The notes: generated by a model not told the origin, from the letters alone. A DNA stretch of 45,190 nucleotides from an uncultured Acetobacteraceae bacterium (GCA_903847525.1 CAINEA010000918.1:1-45190); one strand, 5' to 3'. Shown: positions 7,684 through 16,589, numbered from the stretch's first letter. Numbers and translations are program-made.

Positions 7684-9254
7684 GCGGCCGCCTTGGACTT
7701 CTTAGGTGCCTTGGCCAGCAGCCTGTCGCGTGCTTCCTTGCGGATGAAGTCGAGGTCGACGTCACACATCTCGGCGAAGATTTCGAGCGCCGGCGCTTCA
7801 GGGGTATTCCACTCCTTGACGTCGCACTCGTGCAGAGTCAGGACATGGATGAGAATCTTGAGGAGATCGGAATTGGTTTCGATGCCAGATACCCAATCGC
7901 GCAAAGCTCTGGGATAAACGTCGTACTGCTTTGGCTCAACGAACCCGAACCGTCCCAGAAGAGTCCTCATGCTGCTCTGCCTGTCTCGCATGGCAAGGGA
8001 GGCGATCACGGCGCGAAGAACCCTGTGGTTCATAAAGGTGATCGAATCGACCGGAATCCCGCTGACAATGTGCGGGACCGCTTCAGCACGGGCCTTTAGC
8101 TCCGTGGTCCATTTGAGCTTTCGCTCTGCAGATTGCCGCTCTGCTTGTTTGGCTCTTTCTGCTCGGTCGGCTTCGATCTGTTCCGGCGTTCGCTTGTCTT
8201 GTTCCCGCTCCTTGGATTGCGGGACAACCCAAGACAGCTGACCAGTGACTTCATGAATGCCCGGAACGGCTCCAGGCGTCTCTTCAGTTGCAGGAATAAT
8301 CTCGCCGGTCCCGTAGATCGTCGCCTCATTTGTCCGAGACCTATTGCTGAGCAGCACTGGCTCTAGGCCCGCGGCCCTTACGGCAGCTTCGACTTGATTT
8401 CGATTTGCGATGCACTTGCGGTCGTAGCACTTGACGTCGAGGCAGAGACTGCCGTCCGGCTCGAACTTCGGACATGAGCTGCATGCCCCAGCCATTGGGA
8501 GCAACTGTGCGTCGCCTACATCGAACGGAGCGCCGGTGAGCGGACGCGACTTGTAGCGGATTTCTTTGGCCAGGTATCTAACCGACCAAGATTCCCTGTC
8601 TTCTTCCGGAAGTCGTTCGTCACGTGAGTATTCCAAACCGTTCCACTTCGTTTCGTAGAACATGTTTGTGATGACTTCGTACTGATCCTCTTGCGTGAGG
8701 CGGGCGATGAGAATGGCGTGGCCAGCAGTCATGAAGCCGGCAAGGAATTCCTCTTTGGCTTCTTCTGTCAGATTCGAGAGCTTGATCCGGTCGTAGACAT
8801 ATTTCGTGCTCTTGCCGAGCTTCTCAGCCAGGACTTCGACAGGCTTGCCGGCGTCCTTGTACTCTGGCAGCGCAAGGATCCGCGCAAAGCCGTCTGCCTC
8901 CTCGAGGGGATGAACGTCTTCGCGCTGGTTGTTCTCAATGACCTGGGCTTCAAGAACGTCGCGATCGGTGAGGGCCTTGACGGTGCAGTCGAGCTCGGTC
9001 AGCCCGGCCAGCATAGCGGCGCGGTATCTGCGCTCACCGGCCACAATCTCGAATCCGACGTTGTGGCCGGATTCGATGATGTCGAGCGGGAGCTTCTCGG
9101 TCGGGAGCTCTCTGACCACCAGGGGCTGGAGCTGACCGATATTGCCCTTCATGGACTCGGCAAGCTCTGCCAGCCGGGTCGCATTAAAGATCTTGCGCGG
9201 GTTGGTGGGCGACGGCATGAGAGCCGTGACGGGGATGCGCCTCATGTGCGACAT
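7680..9254 (-). CDS. ParB/Srx-fold N-terminal nuclease-like domain protein (524 aa)
   Basis: LQPLVVREL...FEIVAGERRYRAAMLAGL...QVIENNQREDVHPLEEA is the classic ParB box (GERRxRA). A Cys-rich middle (CSSCPKFEPDGSLCLDVKCYDRKC) is also present. Confidence 0.8.
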   Translation of the reverse strand: MSHMRRIPVTALMPSPTNPRKIFNATRLAELAESMKGNIGQLQPLVVRELPTEKLPLDIIESGHNVGFEIVAGERRYRAAMLAGLTELDCTVKALTDRDVLEAQVIENNQREDVHPLEEADGFARILALPEYKDAGKPVEVLAEKLGKSTKYVYDRIKLSNLTEEAKEEFLAGFMTAGHAILIARLTQEDQYEVITNMFYETKWNGLEYSRDERLPEEDRESWSVRYLAKEIRYKSRPLTGAPFDVGDAQLLPMAGACSSCPKFEPDGSLCLDVKCYDRKCIANRNQVEAAVRAAGLEPVLLSNRSRTNEATIYGTGEIIPATEETPGAVPGIHEVTGQLSWVVPQSKEREQDKRTPEQIEADRAERAKQAERQSAERKLKWTTELKARAEAVPHIVSGIPVDSITFMNHRVLRAVIASLAMRDRQSSMRTLLGRFGFVEPKQYDVYPRALRDWVSGIETNSDLLKILIHVLTLHECDVKEWNTPEAPALEIFAEMCDVDLDFIRKEARDRLLAKAPKKSKAAA

Positions 9255-9664
9255 CAGCGATCACCGCTGGCGACTTCTGCTCGCCACTGCCAGTTGGCGC
9301 TTCCTGTCTCCGGAGCTGTGGACTCCTCTCGAAGCTGTCTGCCGGCTCCAGTTGCCTGAGTTGCCGCTTCGGCCAGAAGGCCGAAGCCGAGGAGCAGCGC
9401 CACGATCCAAAGGAGCGTCTTGCGGTCCTGAACCGCCTGCTCTGAGCGTGCTGAGCGCCGAACGCACGGAGGCATGATCGGCTGGTCCTTGGTGGCGTCG
9501 TAGTGACCCTTGACGTATCCGTCGATGTAGATCCGATCGACGGTATCCATCTCGGAATACCGCTCCATGAGCTGGTTGGACCTATCGACCGAGCCGCCGT
9601 CCTCATGGGCGATTTCGGCGGCGAGCTGGGTGGCGCTCTCGCGAAGACGATGCGTGCTGATCAT
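9254..9664 (-). CDS. Hypothetical membrane-anchored protein (136 aa), first large gene of the leftward operon
   Basis: TM segment TLLWIVALLLGFGLLAEAA. The stop overlaps the ParB-like start. Confidence 0.55.
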   Translation of the reverse strand: MISTHRLRESATQLAAEIAHEDGGSVDRSNQLMERYSEMDTVDRIYIDGYVKGHYDATKDQPIMPPCVRRSARSEQAVQDRKTLLWIVALLLGFGLLAEAATQATGAGRQLREESTAPETGSANWQWRAEVASGDR

Positions 9665-9756
9665 CTTCCGTCCTCTTCGCCGAAACTGTCACCAGCTGGC
9701 TGGGGCGGAGGGCACGATCTGAAAGCGCGTGCTGAAACTGCGAAGCAAAAAACCAT
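9661..9756 (-). CDS. Leader micro-ORF, 31 aa (not in ORF track)
   Basis: GGAGGAG lies 6 nt upstream of ATG 9756. Translation is MVFCFAVSARAFRSCPPPQPAGDSFGEEDGR*, and the stop overlaps the ATG of the next gene (ATGA). Confidence 0.3.
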   Translation of the reverse strand: MVFCFAVSARAFRSCPPPQPAGDSFGEEDGR

Positions 9757-9796
9757 GGTGATCTCCTCCGGCAAAGAGCCGTCTGGAAATCAGATT

Positions 9797-9832
9797 AACA
9801 CATTCTTGTGCTAAATGTGCTTAGAGTGGCAC
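9797..9832. promoter_or_regulatory. Left operator cluster (OL-like) downstream of the repressor gene
   Basis: aACACAttctTGTGCT at 9797-9812 shares the 15-mer cacattcttgtgcta with 10653-10667. A second imperfect dyad GTGCttagagtgGCAC lies at 9817-9832. Confidence 0.5.
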
Positions 9833-9847
9833 AAATATATTTATCAA

Positions 9848-10615
9848 TCACATTGGTGTGTGCTTTGCTCTCATTCCGGCGTTGTCGCCTTCCTCAAGGT
9901 ATCGACCGTAGCCGCGCTCCTTTCGCCTGCCGACGGCGTATCCCACGACTTCCCATTGATCGCCGGGCAAAATATCGGGATAGCCGTCTGCGATCGGCCG
10001 GAGAATTGGCTGACCGTTTTCAATGACCATCTCCTTTATGAGGAACTCGTAATCCTGGCTCCGGGCAACCGCCAGCAGTCCGGGCTGAACGCTTTTGCTT
10101 GGCTGGACAAGGATATAGTCGCCGTGCTGGAAGACGTCCCCGCCGGAGTCGCCCTTTACTTGAATCGCGAAGCGCCCAGGCCGGTAAAGCTCATCGCTGA
10201 ACTCAACGAAGTCATCAGGATCAGGGTCGGCAGATTCGAGAGGGAACACGGATGCGCCTGCAGAGCCCATCAGAGGGAACTTGCGGCGCCCTACCGCTAT
10301 CTGCGCTTCCCGAGCCATCAGCGGGGCAGGAGGGGCGGCCCCAGGCACGCTTCCATAGGGTGAAGGGAAGCTGAGCGGCGGAGGTGGTCCCGGTCGCTCA
10401 TCATAGAACCACTCAACCGGGATCTTGAATACGTCTGCCAGGGTCGCGACGACACGCTCTGTGACCTTGATCCGCCCAGTCTCATAGTTGGCGTACGTGG
10501 ACCGCTTTATGCCCAGGCGCGTTGCCAGCTCCTCCTGTGTTATGGGTGGTCGGTGCCAGTCGCGCGCGGTCCGCAGCTTGTCTGAAAGCTGCCTCTTATC
10601 GTCAGTTGTGCCCAT
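9848..10615 (-). CDS. CI-type repressor: XRE HTH plus S24 (LexA-like) autopeptidase domain
   Basis: The HTH is ITQEELATRLGIKRSTYANYETGR. The S24 part is VKGDSGGDVFQHGDYILV (Ser nucleophile in GDS) with FLIKEMV (Lys). Start chosen at ATG 10615 (MGTTDDKRQL); the track start at 10657 lies inside the operator. Confidence 0.85.
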   Translation of the reverse strand: MGTTDDKRQLSDKLRTARDWHRPPITQEELATRLGIKRSTYANYETGRIKVTERVVATLADVFKIPVEWFYDERPGPPPPLSFPSPYGSVPGAAPPAPLMAREAQIAVGRRKFPLMGSAGASVFPLESADPDPDDFVEFSDELYRPGRFAIQVKGDSGGDVFQHGDYILVQPSKSVQPGLLAVARSQDYEFLIKEMVIENGQPILRPIADGYPDILPGDQWEVVGYAVGRRKERGYGRYLEEGDNAGMRAKHTPM

Positions 10616-10650
10616 CCACGCGATTGTCACAAAAACTAGTATCACCCAGA

Positions 10651-10697
10651 AGCACATTCTTGTGCTAGTTTTGCGCCACTCGTGCTATCTTTAGCAC
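10651..10697. promoter_or_regulatory. Right operator cluster (OR-like) in the divergent repressor/cro intergenic region
   Basis: Perfect-arm dyads AGCACAttctTGTGCT (10651-10666) and GTGCTAtcttTAGCAC (10682-10697). The latter ends 1 nt before the cro-like ATG. Confidence 0.55.
10660..10688 (+). promoter_or_regulatory. Candidate rightward early promoter (PR-like)
   Basis: TTGTGC, a 17-nt spacer, then TGCTAT. The -10 ends 9 nt before ATG 10698 and there is no Shine-Dalgarno, so the mRNA may be leaderless. Confidence 0.3.
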
Positions 10698-10904
10698 ATG
10701 GCTGATCAATCAACCACCTCGAAGCTGCCCTCAGGACGCAGGAAGGAGCTCACTGTTGAGCAAAGGACTGTGCTAAAGCAGCTGCGAGAGCGAGGCCAGA
10801 GCATCGAGGAGCTCGCGGTTGGCTTTGGGGTGTCGTACAACACCGTCCGAAATGTTTTGAACGAACCGGAAGGACCTGCCTCCGAAGTTTACACCGCGCA
10901 TTGA
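10698..10904 (+). CDS. Cro/CII-position small HTH protein (68 aa)
   Basis: Divergent from the repressor. HTH-like QSIEELAVGFGVSYNTVRNVL. Confidence 0.6.
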   Translation: MADQSTTSKLPSGRRKELTVEQRTVLKQLRERGQSIEELAVGFGVSYNTVRNVLNEPEGPASEVYTAH

Positions 10905-11017
10905 AACAAGAATGGCGCGGCTGTCACCGCGCCATCTCGACGGCAACCGGAGCTGCCGGGCTTTACCCGAAGTCATTTTAGCAGTTCCCACGACCTTGAA
11001 CCACGGAGGTTCTAAGA

Positions 11018-12304
11018 GTGGCATTAGGCAATTCAGATTCGACCAGGCGCATCTATCTCACGGTGCGCGGGGGAGCGTTCGAGCTCTCCAAGGGGAAGGA
11101 CACTCCTCCCGAAAGATTTGACATGATCGACGGTGTCCTCGAGGAGCTCAGTCTCTACACCAAGGAGCTCAAAGGGCCTCCGGTGCGGATCAAGCACTGC
11201 CTCCGGATACTTTTGACCGATGGTGACGAGCACTACTCGATAGAATGCGGCGCCAGGCATGCCCAGGGCGTAAGCACTTGGGTCCGGATGTTCGCGGGCT
11301 ATCTGCATGGGATCACCGGCGGCGAGCGGATCCGCATCCGGACCAAAGGCAACGACCAGAACGACAAGGTGTCGAGCTGCTTTGTGGAGATTCAGAACGG
11401 CACCGAATGGGCCAAAACGGAATACCGCACCTTTGGCCAGGACGGAGACACGGCGCTCAAAGCGATCGAGTCTCATGATTCGTACAAAACCTTTACTCCG
11501 AAGGCTTCCGAAGGCGCCACCGGTGATGAAGAGGATCCAACCGGCGGCGCGTACGCCAGGAACTCCAAAGCCGAGCTCGACTTTGTTTCCCTGGTCACCA
11601 CGACACTTGGATGGCCAGCCTTTGCTCCAAACGTGAACGCCTATGAAGGATGGTTCGCGGCGCTGATGAAGGCGGAAGTCTGGATGATCGAGCAGACCAA
11701 TGAGGCGACCTGGATGTTCTTCCTGGAGTGCGTCCGGAAGAACATCGCGGTCAATAGGGTGCCGGCAATATTGGCCAAGGCGGCCGCGGCAACCGGGTAC
11801 GACCCATTTGCGGAAGACGGCGAGACGATTGCCCAGGTGACGGCGGTCGGAGGTGCCTCCACCCCTGTCCAGACTTCTCAGCCAGCGGCATCTGGAACAA
11901 ATCTTCAATCCATCGCTGCTGAAGTCTTCGGAGGCGAACCAGCAAAGGTGCAGACGACTGCAGAGCCAGCCGAATTCGGCAGCGCGGATGGAAACGTGCC
12001 GGCAGGTGTCTCGGCGTTTGGGTGGGTGCCGGGTCGCTGGTTTATGCCGCGCCAGGCTCGGATGAGCGCCACTGAGAACCAGATCGTCAAGTTTAAGGAG
12101 CGGGCAGCCGCCAAGGGACTCAAAGGCCTGGACGTGGACCGTGTTCTCTTTGGGCTTCTCATCGCGCTCAAGTTTCCGGAGGACGCTTACAAGACGATGG
12201 CCGCCTATCAGGTTGGCATCGACTTTCTTGCCGCGGCAACGGATGAGCAGGTCGAGATCGCCAAGTGCGATGGAGACGGATACGACCCATTCGTGGAGAA
12301 ATGA
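11018..12304 (+). CDS. Hypothetical protein (428 aa); replication/recombination position
   Basis: GTG start 8 nt after GGAGG. Two globular parts are separated by an Ala/Thr-rich linker. No motif recognised. Confidence 0.65.
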   Translation: MALGNSDSTRRIYLTVRGGAFELSKGKDTPPERFDMIDGVLEELSLYTKELKGPPVRIKHCLRILLTDGDEHYSIECGARHAQGVSTWVRMFAGYLHGITGGERIRIRTKGNDQNDKVSSCFVEIQNGTEWAKTEYRTFGQDGDTALKAIESHDSYKTFTPKASEGATGDEEDPTGGAYARNSKAELDFVSLVTTTLGWPAFAPNVNAYEGWFAALMKAEVWMIEQTNEATWMFFLECVRKNIAVNRVPAILAKAAAATGYDPFAEDGETIAQVTAVGGASTPVQTSQPAASGTNLQSIAAEVFGGEPAKVQTTAEPAEFGSADGNVPAGVSAFGWVPGRWFMPRQARMSATENQIVKFKERAAAKGLKGLDVDRVLFGLLIALKFPEDAYKTMAAYQVGIDFLAAATDEQVEIAKCDGDGYDPFVEK

Positions 12305-12789
12305 AACGGCTGGCGCCCATCGATCTGGATCTGTGCATCTCAGGCCTGGACGTGTTCCAGCTCTTGAGCATGCCGGGAGTTCCCTGCGTGTTTACGAGCA
12401 TGGAAGGTCAAACAGTCCACCTCGAATCGGCAGGAGGTGTGATCCACATTGTCCGGCCGAACGACTTGGCCGAGATTGGGCCCGTGGTCTCGGACATCAG
12501 CTACATCGAGTTCCATGCCGGCTACGTGGACGGAACCGACGCGATCGAGGCGAACATGCCTATCTCCACTCGGCTGATGGGACGGATCCCAACAGACCAC
12601 GGCCGAGGGTTTTCGTTTGCCGCGGAGGATTTCAAGCGCGGGGTCTATCGGCCTACCGAATGGGCCTACAACGAATGCTGCCGGGCTCTTCGGCGGCTTC
12701 CCGAAAGTGAGGGCCACTGGATGAGCTATCCGAGTTCGGACTCAGACAGGACCGAGGCTTATGGCTTTGGTAAGGCGGTGCTTCAATGA
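12301..12789 (+). CDS. Hypothetical protein (162 aa)
   Basis: The ATG at 12301 overlaps the upstream stop (ATGA) and the stop overlaps the primase start (ATGA). The track start at 12265 is an overlap artefact. Confidence 0.6.
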   Translation: MKRLAPIDLDLCISGLDVFQLLSMPGVPCVFTSMEGQTVHLESAGGVIHIVRPNDLAEIGPVVSDISYIEFHAGYVDGTDAIEANMPISTRLMGRIPTDHGRGFSFAAEDFKRGVYRPTEWAYNECCRALRRLPESEGHWMSYPSSDSDRTEAYGFGKAVLQ

Positions 12790-15281
12790 CGGACCATCAG
12801 CGCATGATAAAGCAGGCCGCGCTCGCCTATCTGAAATACGGGCTCGCCGTGCTTCCGATTTCGCCGGCTACGAAGCGAACGCCTACCAGCTTTGAGAAGG
12901 ACGAGGCCGGCAACCCGCTTTGGCCGCACGGATTCAAGTGGAAGCACCTCCAGGATGAGCTTCCTGCCGTTCCGGATGTGGAGAGCTGGATCATGTCCTA
13001 CCCCACGTGCTGGATCGGCGTGGCTTGCGGCCGAGGGTCCAAGAACCTAGAAATTCTCGACTTCGACGTTCCTGGAAAGAAAGGTGAGGCGCCGGCATTT
13101 GCTCCATGGATCCAGATGCTGGAGGCTCATGGACATCAGGACCTGATTGCCAAGCTGGCGATGCAGGAATCGGTCTCCAAGGGAATCCACGTCTGGTATC
13201 GATGCGAGACGGAAGTTGAGGGCAGCCAGAAGCTCGCCGAGAGGCCAGCAACGGAAGCGGAGCTCGCGGTCTCCGGGCAGAAGAAGCGAGTGCTTATCGA
13301 GACGCGCGGCCAAGGCGGCCTGGTGGTGGTGCATCCATCTCCAGGCTATCGCTGGATCCAGCACGATCATGAGCTGATCCCAACGATCACGGCCGAAGAG
13401 CGCGAAGTACTTCTCTCTTTTGCTCGCTTTTTCAATGTCGAACCTGATGCTCCGGTTTCGGTGTCTTCAGGTCCTAGAACCGACATCGAGGTTGGTCAGC
13501 GCTCTGGAGACGACTTTGATGCTCGCGGGAGCTGGTATGCGCTCCTGGAACCGCACGGGTGGCGCATGGCCGCAACCAGCGGACCATACACCTATTGGGT
13601 CCGGCCGGGAAAAAAGGCTTCTGACGGTCATTCTGCTCGAACTGGCGTCGGCAGCCAGGGCGATCGCTTCTATTGCTGGTCGACTGCGGCGGGTGTGCCG
13701 GCAGAGCAGCTCCTCACGAAGTTTGCCGTGTTTGCGTGGCTGAACAGCGGTGGAGACTACTCGGCCGCCGCTTTGGAGCTGGGCAAGCAGGGCTATGGAC
13801 CGAAGGCCGCCGCGATGGCAGGCAAGTCTGTCAATTCCCGCGATCGCGTTCCGGACGGCCTCTCGCCTGGGATCTATCGATCCATTACTCAGCAGGAGGA
13901 AGAAGGCGCCTTTGAAGATCGCGAAGCGGACACATCCCTGGACTTTCAGGCGAATGATGTCGGCAACGCCGAGCGCCTGGTCCATCTCTACGGGAAGGAC
14001 TTTCGCTACTGCTCTCTTTGGGGCCGATGGCTCTGCTGGGACGGGAAGCGGTGGAAGCAGGATGAGACCGGCGGATCGCCGGTCTACCGCGCCGCGATCG
14101 CCATGGTTCGCGGAATTGCCCGAGAAGCGATGCGGCCGGGCCGTGAGGGCAAGCGCGGAGAGATGCTCGAGTGGGCCGGCAAGTGCCATTCGAGATCCAG
14201 GATCGACAACATGGTGGCGCTGGCCAGGCACATGCCCGGAATCCCAGTTACGCCTGACGAGCTCGATCAGGACACCGAGCTGCTCAATGTCGCCAACGGA
14301 ACCATTGACCTCCGAACGCTCGAGCTGAAGCCTCACGATCGCGACCAGCTGATCACAAGGCTGATCGATGTTCCATTCGAGCCAGAAGCGGACTGCCCTT
14401 TCTGGCTTACCTTTTTGGACAGGGTGCTAGCCGGGGACGAGGACCTGATGCGCTATGTATGGAAGGCGGCCGGCTACACGCTTACCGGCCACGTGAGCGC
14501 CAAATGCTTTTTTTTCCTTTACGGCACGGGTGACAACGGGAAGAGCATCTTCATCGAGACAATTCAGGCGCTGCTGGGCGACTACGGCACCACGCTTAAC
14601 GTGGAGTCCCTGATGGTGCAGCCAATGGGCTCCGGCGCCACCAACGACATTGCGTCGCTTAAAGGAAGGCGGTTCGTGGTCTCGACCGAGACTGAGGACG
14701 GCAAGAGGCTTTCAGAGTCGACTATCAAGCGACTGACCGGCGATGACACGATCAGCGCTCGGTTCCTTCACCAGGAGTTCTTCAGCTTTAAGCCTCAGTT
14801 CAAGCTCTGGCTGATGGGCAACCACAAGCCCACGATTCGGGGCACTGATCCTGCGATCTGGCGGAGGGTGAGCCTGGTGCCCTTCGAGGTTTCCATCCCG
14901 AAGGAAGAGCAGATCCCTTCAAACGAGATGCACCGCAGGCTTCGCGCTGAGTTCCCGGGCATCCTCGCCTGGCTCATTGAGGGATGCGCCCAGTGGGCCA
15001 AAGAGGGCCTTGCCAAGCCGGAGAAGATTCTGGCAGCGGTGAGCAGCTACCGTGAAGAGAATGACATTCTAGGAAAGTTCTTAGATGAGCGCACCTATTC
15101 GGATAGTTCGATAGCAATAAAGGCTAGTGAAATGTTCGAATCCTATCAGAAGTGGTGCAAGGCAAACGGCGAATTCTCAATGAGTTCGCACCGATTCGGC
15201 AAAGCCATGAGAGAGCGCGGCGAGGAGCCCAAGCGCTCGAAGGATGGCAACTATTACCACGGCAGGGGGCTGATGGAATGA
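12786..15281 (+). CDS. Bifunctional Prim-Pol primase / P4-D5-type SF3 helicase
   Basis: The N-terminus matches the Prim-Pol pattern (GLAVLPI...WIGVACGRGSKNLEILDFD...GIHVWYRC...IETRGQGGLVVVHPS). The C-terminus matches the P4-family primase/helicase (FFFLYGTGDNGKS Walker A; RFVVSTETEDGKRLSES.IKRLTGDD.ISARFLHQEFFSFKPQFKLWLMGNHKP). Confidence 0.9.
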   Translation: MTDHQRMIKQAALAYLKYGLAVLPISPATKRTPTSFEKDEAGNPLWPHGFKWKHLQDELPAVPDVESWIMSYPTCWIGVACGRGSKNLEILDFDVPGKKGEAPAFAPWIQMLEAHGHQDLIAKLAMQESVSKGIHVWYRCETEVEGSQKLAERPATEAELAVSGQKKRVLIETRGQGGLVVVHPSPGYRWIQHDHELIPTITAEEREVLLSFARFFNVEPDAPVSVSSGPRTDIEVGQRSGDDFDARGSWYALLEPHGWRMAATSGPYTYWVRPGKKASDGHSARTGVGSQGDRFYCWSTAAGVPAEQLLTKFAVFAWLNSGGDYSAAALELGKQGYGPKAAAMAGKSVNSRDRVPDGLSPGIYRSITQQEEEGAFEDREADTSLDFQANDVGNAERLVHLYGKDFRYCSLWGRWLCWDGKRWKQDETGGSPVYRAAIAMVRGIAREAMRPGREGKRGEMLEWAGKCHSRSRIDNMVALARHMPGIPVTPDELDQDTELLNVANGTIDLRTLELKPHDRDQLITRLIDVPFEPEADCPFWLTFLDRVLAGDEDLMRYVWKAAGYTLTGHVSAKCFFFLYGTGDNGKSIFIETIQALLGDYGTTLNVESLMVQPMGSGATNDIASLKGRRFVVSTETEDGKRLSESTIKRLTGDDTISARFLHQEFFSFKPQFKLWLMGNHKPTIRGTDPAIWRRVSLVPFEVSIPKEEQIPSNEMHRRLRAEFPGILAWLIEGCAQWAKEGLAKPEKILAAVSSYREENDILGKFLDERTYSDSSIAIKASEMFESYQKWCKANGEFSMSSHRFGKAMRERGEEPKRSKDGNYYHGRGLME

Positions 15282-15317
15282 CGCGAGTTCGGACAGGCAA
15301 AACCTTGATTTGGGGTT

Positions 15318-15492
15318 GGTGTAGCTTTTGGGTGTACCTTTTTGAACCTAAACAAAAAAATCTTAGTATTTCCCCTCTCGCGTACGCGGGCGCGGAAAAT
15401 CCCCAAAAAAGGGTCACAAGCTACACCTTAGGTTCAAAAAAGCTACACCAGGGGTCCAAACTGCCCCAAAAAGCTACACCAAAAGCTACACC
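15318..15492. repeat. Iteron cluster / candidate replication origin
   Basis: AGCTACACC occurs at 15419-27, 15441-49, 15472-80 and 15484-92, with an inverted copy GGTGTAGCT at 15318-26. A larger inverted pair (15331-15350 vs 15429-15449) flanks an A-rich tract (15351-15360) and a GC palindrome ctcgcgtacgcgggcgcgg. Confidence 0.5.
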
Positions 15493-15510
15493 TGGCATGG
15501 ATGGTGTCAG

Positions 15511-16032
15511 ATGAGCCTCTCCAGGCGGTCTGGCGCATTTGCTCCGGATAGGGCGCCAGCGTCTGCAAAGCCAGCGGCATCAGTGCAGGGTAGCGAGATT
15601 ACTTGGCCGGCCGGAGTGGACGCGGCGAAGATGATCAAAATGTGTGATCACATGGCCGGGAAATGCCTCCTGGCTAGTGTGTCTAGTGGCGATGATGCGA
15701 GTCGTGCGGGATCGCTTTGGAAGTCGCTCAAGCTGGCGATTCTGGATCATCCCATGCACGGCCGCCGTTGGCTTGAGTGTTCTCACGGAACTGAGCTTCG
15801 AGATCTTTGCCAGGCGGTGTTTCCGGACCTGTTCCCAAGGGCTCAGAAAGCCGAAGAAAGCGCGGAGTGCGACCTGACGGGCAGGCATCTGATGAAGTGC
15901 GTCCTGGAAGCGTTCCCGGGATCCTTTCGCGGGCCGATGACAGCCGAGGAATGCGCCGCGAAGCGGATGACTGCCGGCGACTTTCCCGGAAGCGATGCCT
16001 TCCCTGAATATGAACCGGGAGATGACCTTTGA
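15511..16032 (+). CDS. Hypothetical protein (173 aa)
   Basis: Only long sense ORF in this stretch; its stop overlaps the HNH start (TTGA). No motif recognised. Confidence 0.55.
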   Translation: MSLSRRSGAFAPDRAPASAKPAASVQGSEITWPAGVDAAKMIKMCDHMAGKCLLASVSSGDDASRAGSLWKSLKLAILDHPMHGRRWLECSHGTELRDLCQAVFPDLFPRAQKAEESAECDLTGRHLMKCVLEAFPGSFRGPMTAEECAAKRMTAGDFPGSDAFPEYEPGDDL

Positions 16033-16589
16033 AGCTGGCCGATCTGTCAACGAAGGTTGGGCGCTTCAAGGAGACAGACGTTCAGCGGTTCTTTGCTCGC
16101 CTCGAGGAGAAAGCTGATGGTCCGCTGGTCAATGGATCCAGGTGCATCGAGTGGCGCGGCTACACCAACGAAAAGGGCTACGGCCGAATCGCCATGAAGG
16201 GCGTCGGCCACATCTACTGCCACCGGCTGATGTATGAGCTGTCCCACAGGCGGCAGCTGCGCTTCGAGGACGTGGTGATGCACGTTTGCGACAACCGGCT
16301 CTGCGTGAATCCTGATCACTTGGATCTGGGAACCGTGCTGATGAACAACCAGGACCGCGCCTCAAAGGGCAGATCCGCGGCTTCGAAAAGAGGGGGAGGC
16401 TTTCGACTTACCGAGGAAAAGGTGGCGCACATCAAGATGTTGCTGGGCGAGGGCCTGGTGACTCCTGGCCAGATTTACCGGAATTTTGGGATCACTCACC
16501 GCCAGCTGTGGGGGATCCGAAACGGGCGCAGCTGGGCGCATGTGAAATACAACGACCGCGATCAGGCGATGCTGGCGCTGTGGGACTGA
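16029..16589 (+). CDS. HNH endonuclease with C-terminal HTH module
   Basis: CIEWRGYTNEKGYGRI....HIYCHRLMYE......VMHVCDNRLCVNPDHLDLGT...N is the HNH_3-type signature. The C-terminal module is RLTEEKVAHIK...FGITHRQLWGIRNGRSW. Confidence 0.85.
   Translation: MKLADLSTKVGRFKETDVQRFFARLEEKADGPLVNGSRCIEWRGYTNEKGYGRIAMKGVGHIYCHRLMYELSHRRQLRFEDVVMHVCDNRLCVNPDHLDLGTVLMNNQDRASKGRSAASKRGGGFRLTEEKVAHIKMLLGEGLVTPGQIYRNFGITHRQLWGIRNGRSWAHVKYNDRDQAMLALWD

Noticed and set aside
13467-14336. 289-aa minus-strand ORF, plus similar long antisense ORFs at 11033-11908, 25726-26439, 28670-29395, 33619-34500, 36472-37161, 40382-41122 and plus-strand 4106-4858
   Set aside because: Every one lies opposite a sense gene with clear motifs or tight operon coupling. 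All are Arg/Gly/Pro/Ser-rich, as expected for out-of-frame reading of GC-rich coding DNA.
15318-15492. CRISPR-like array
   Set aside because: The repeats are only 9 bp, with irregular 3-22 bp spacing and one in inverted orientation. There are no cas genes. The pattern fits iterons instead.
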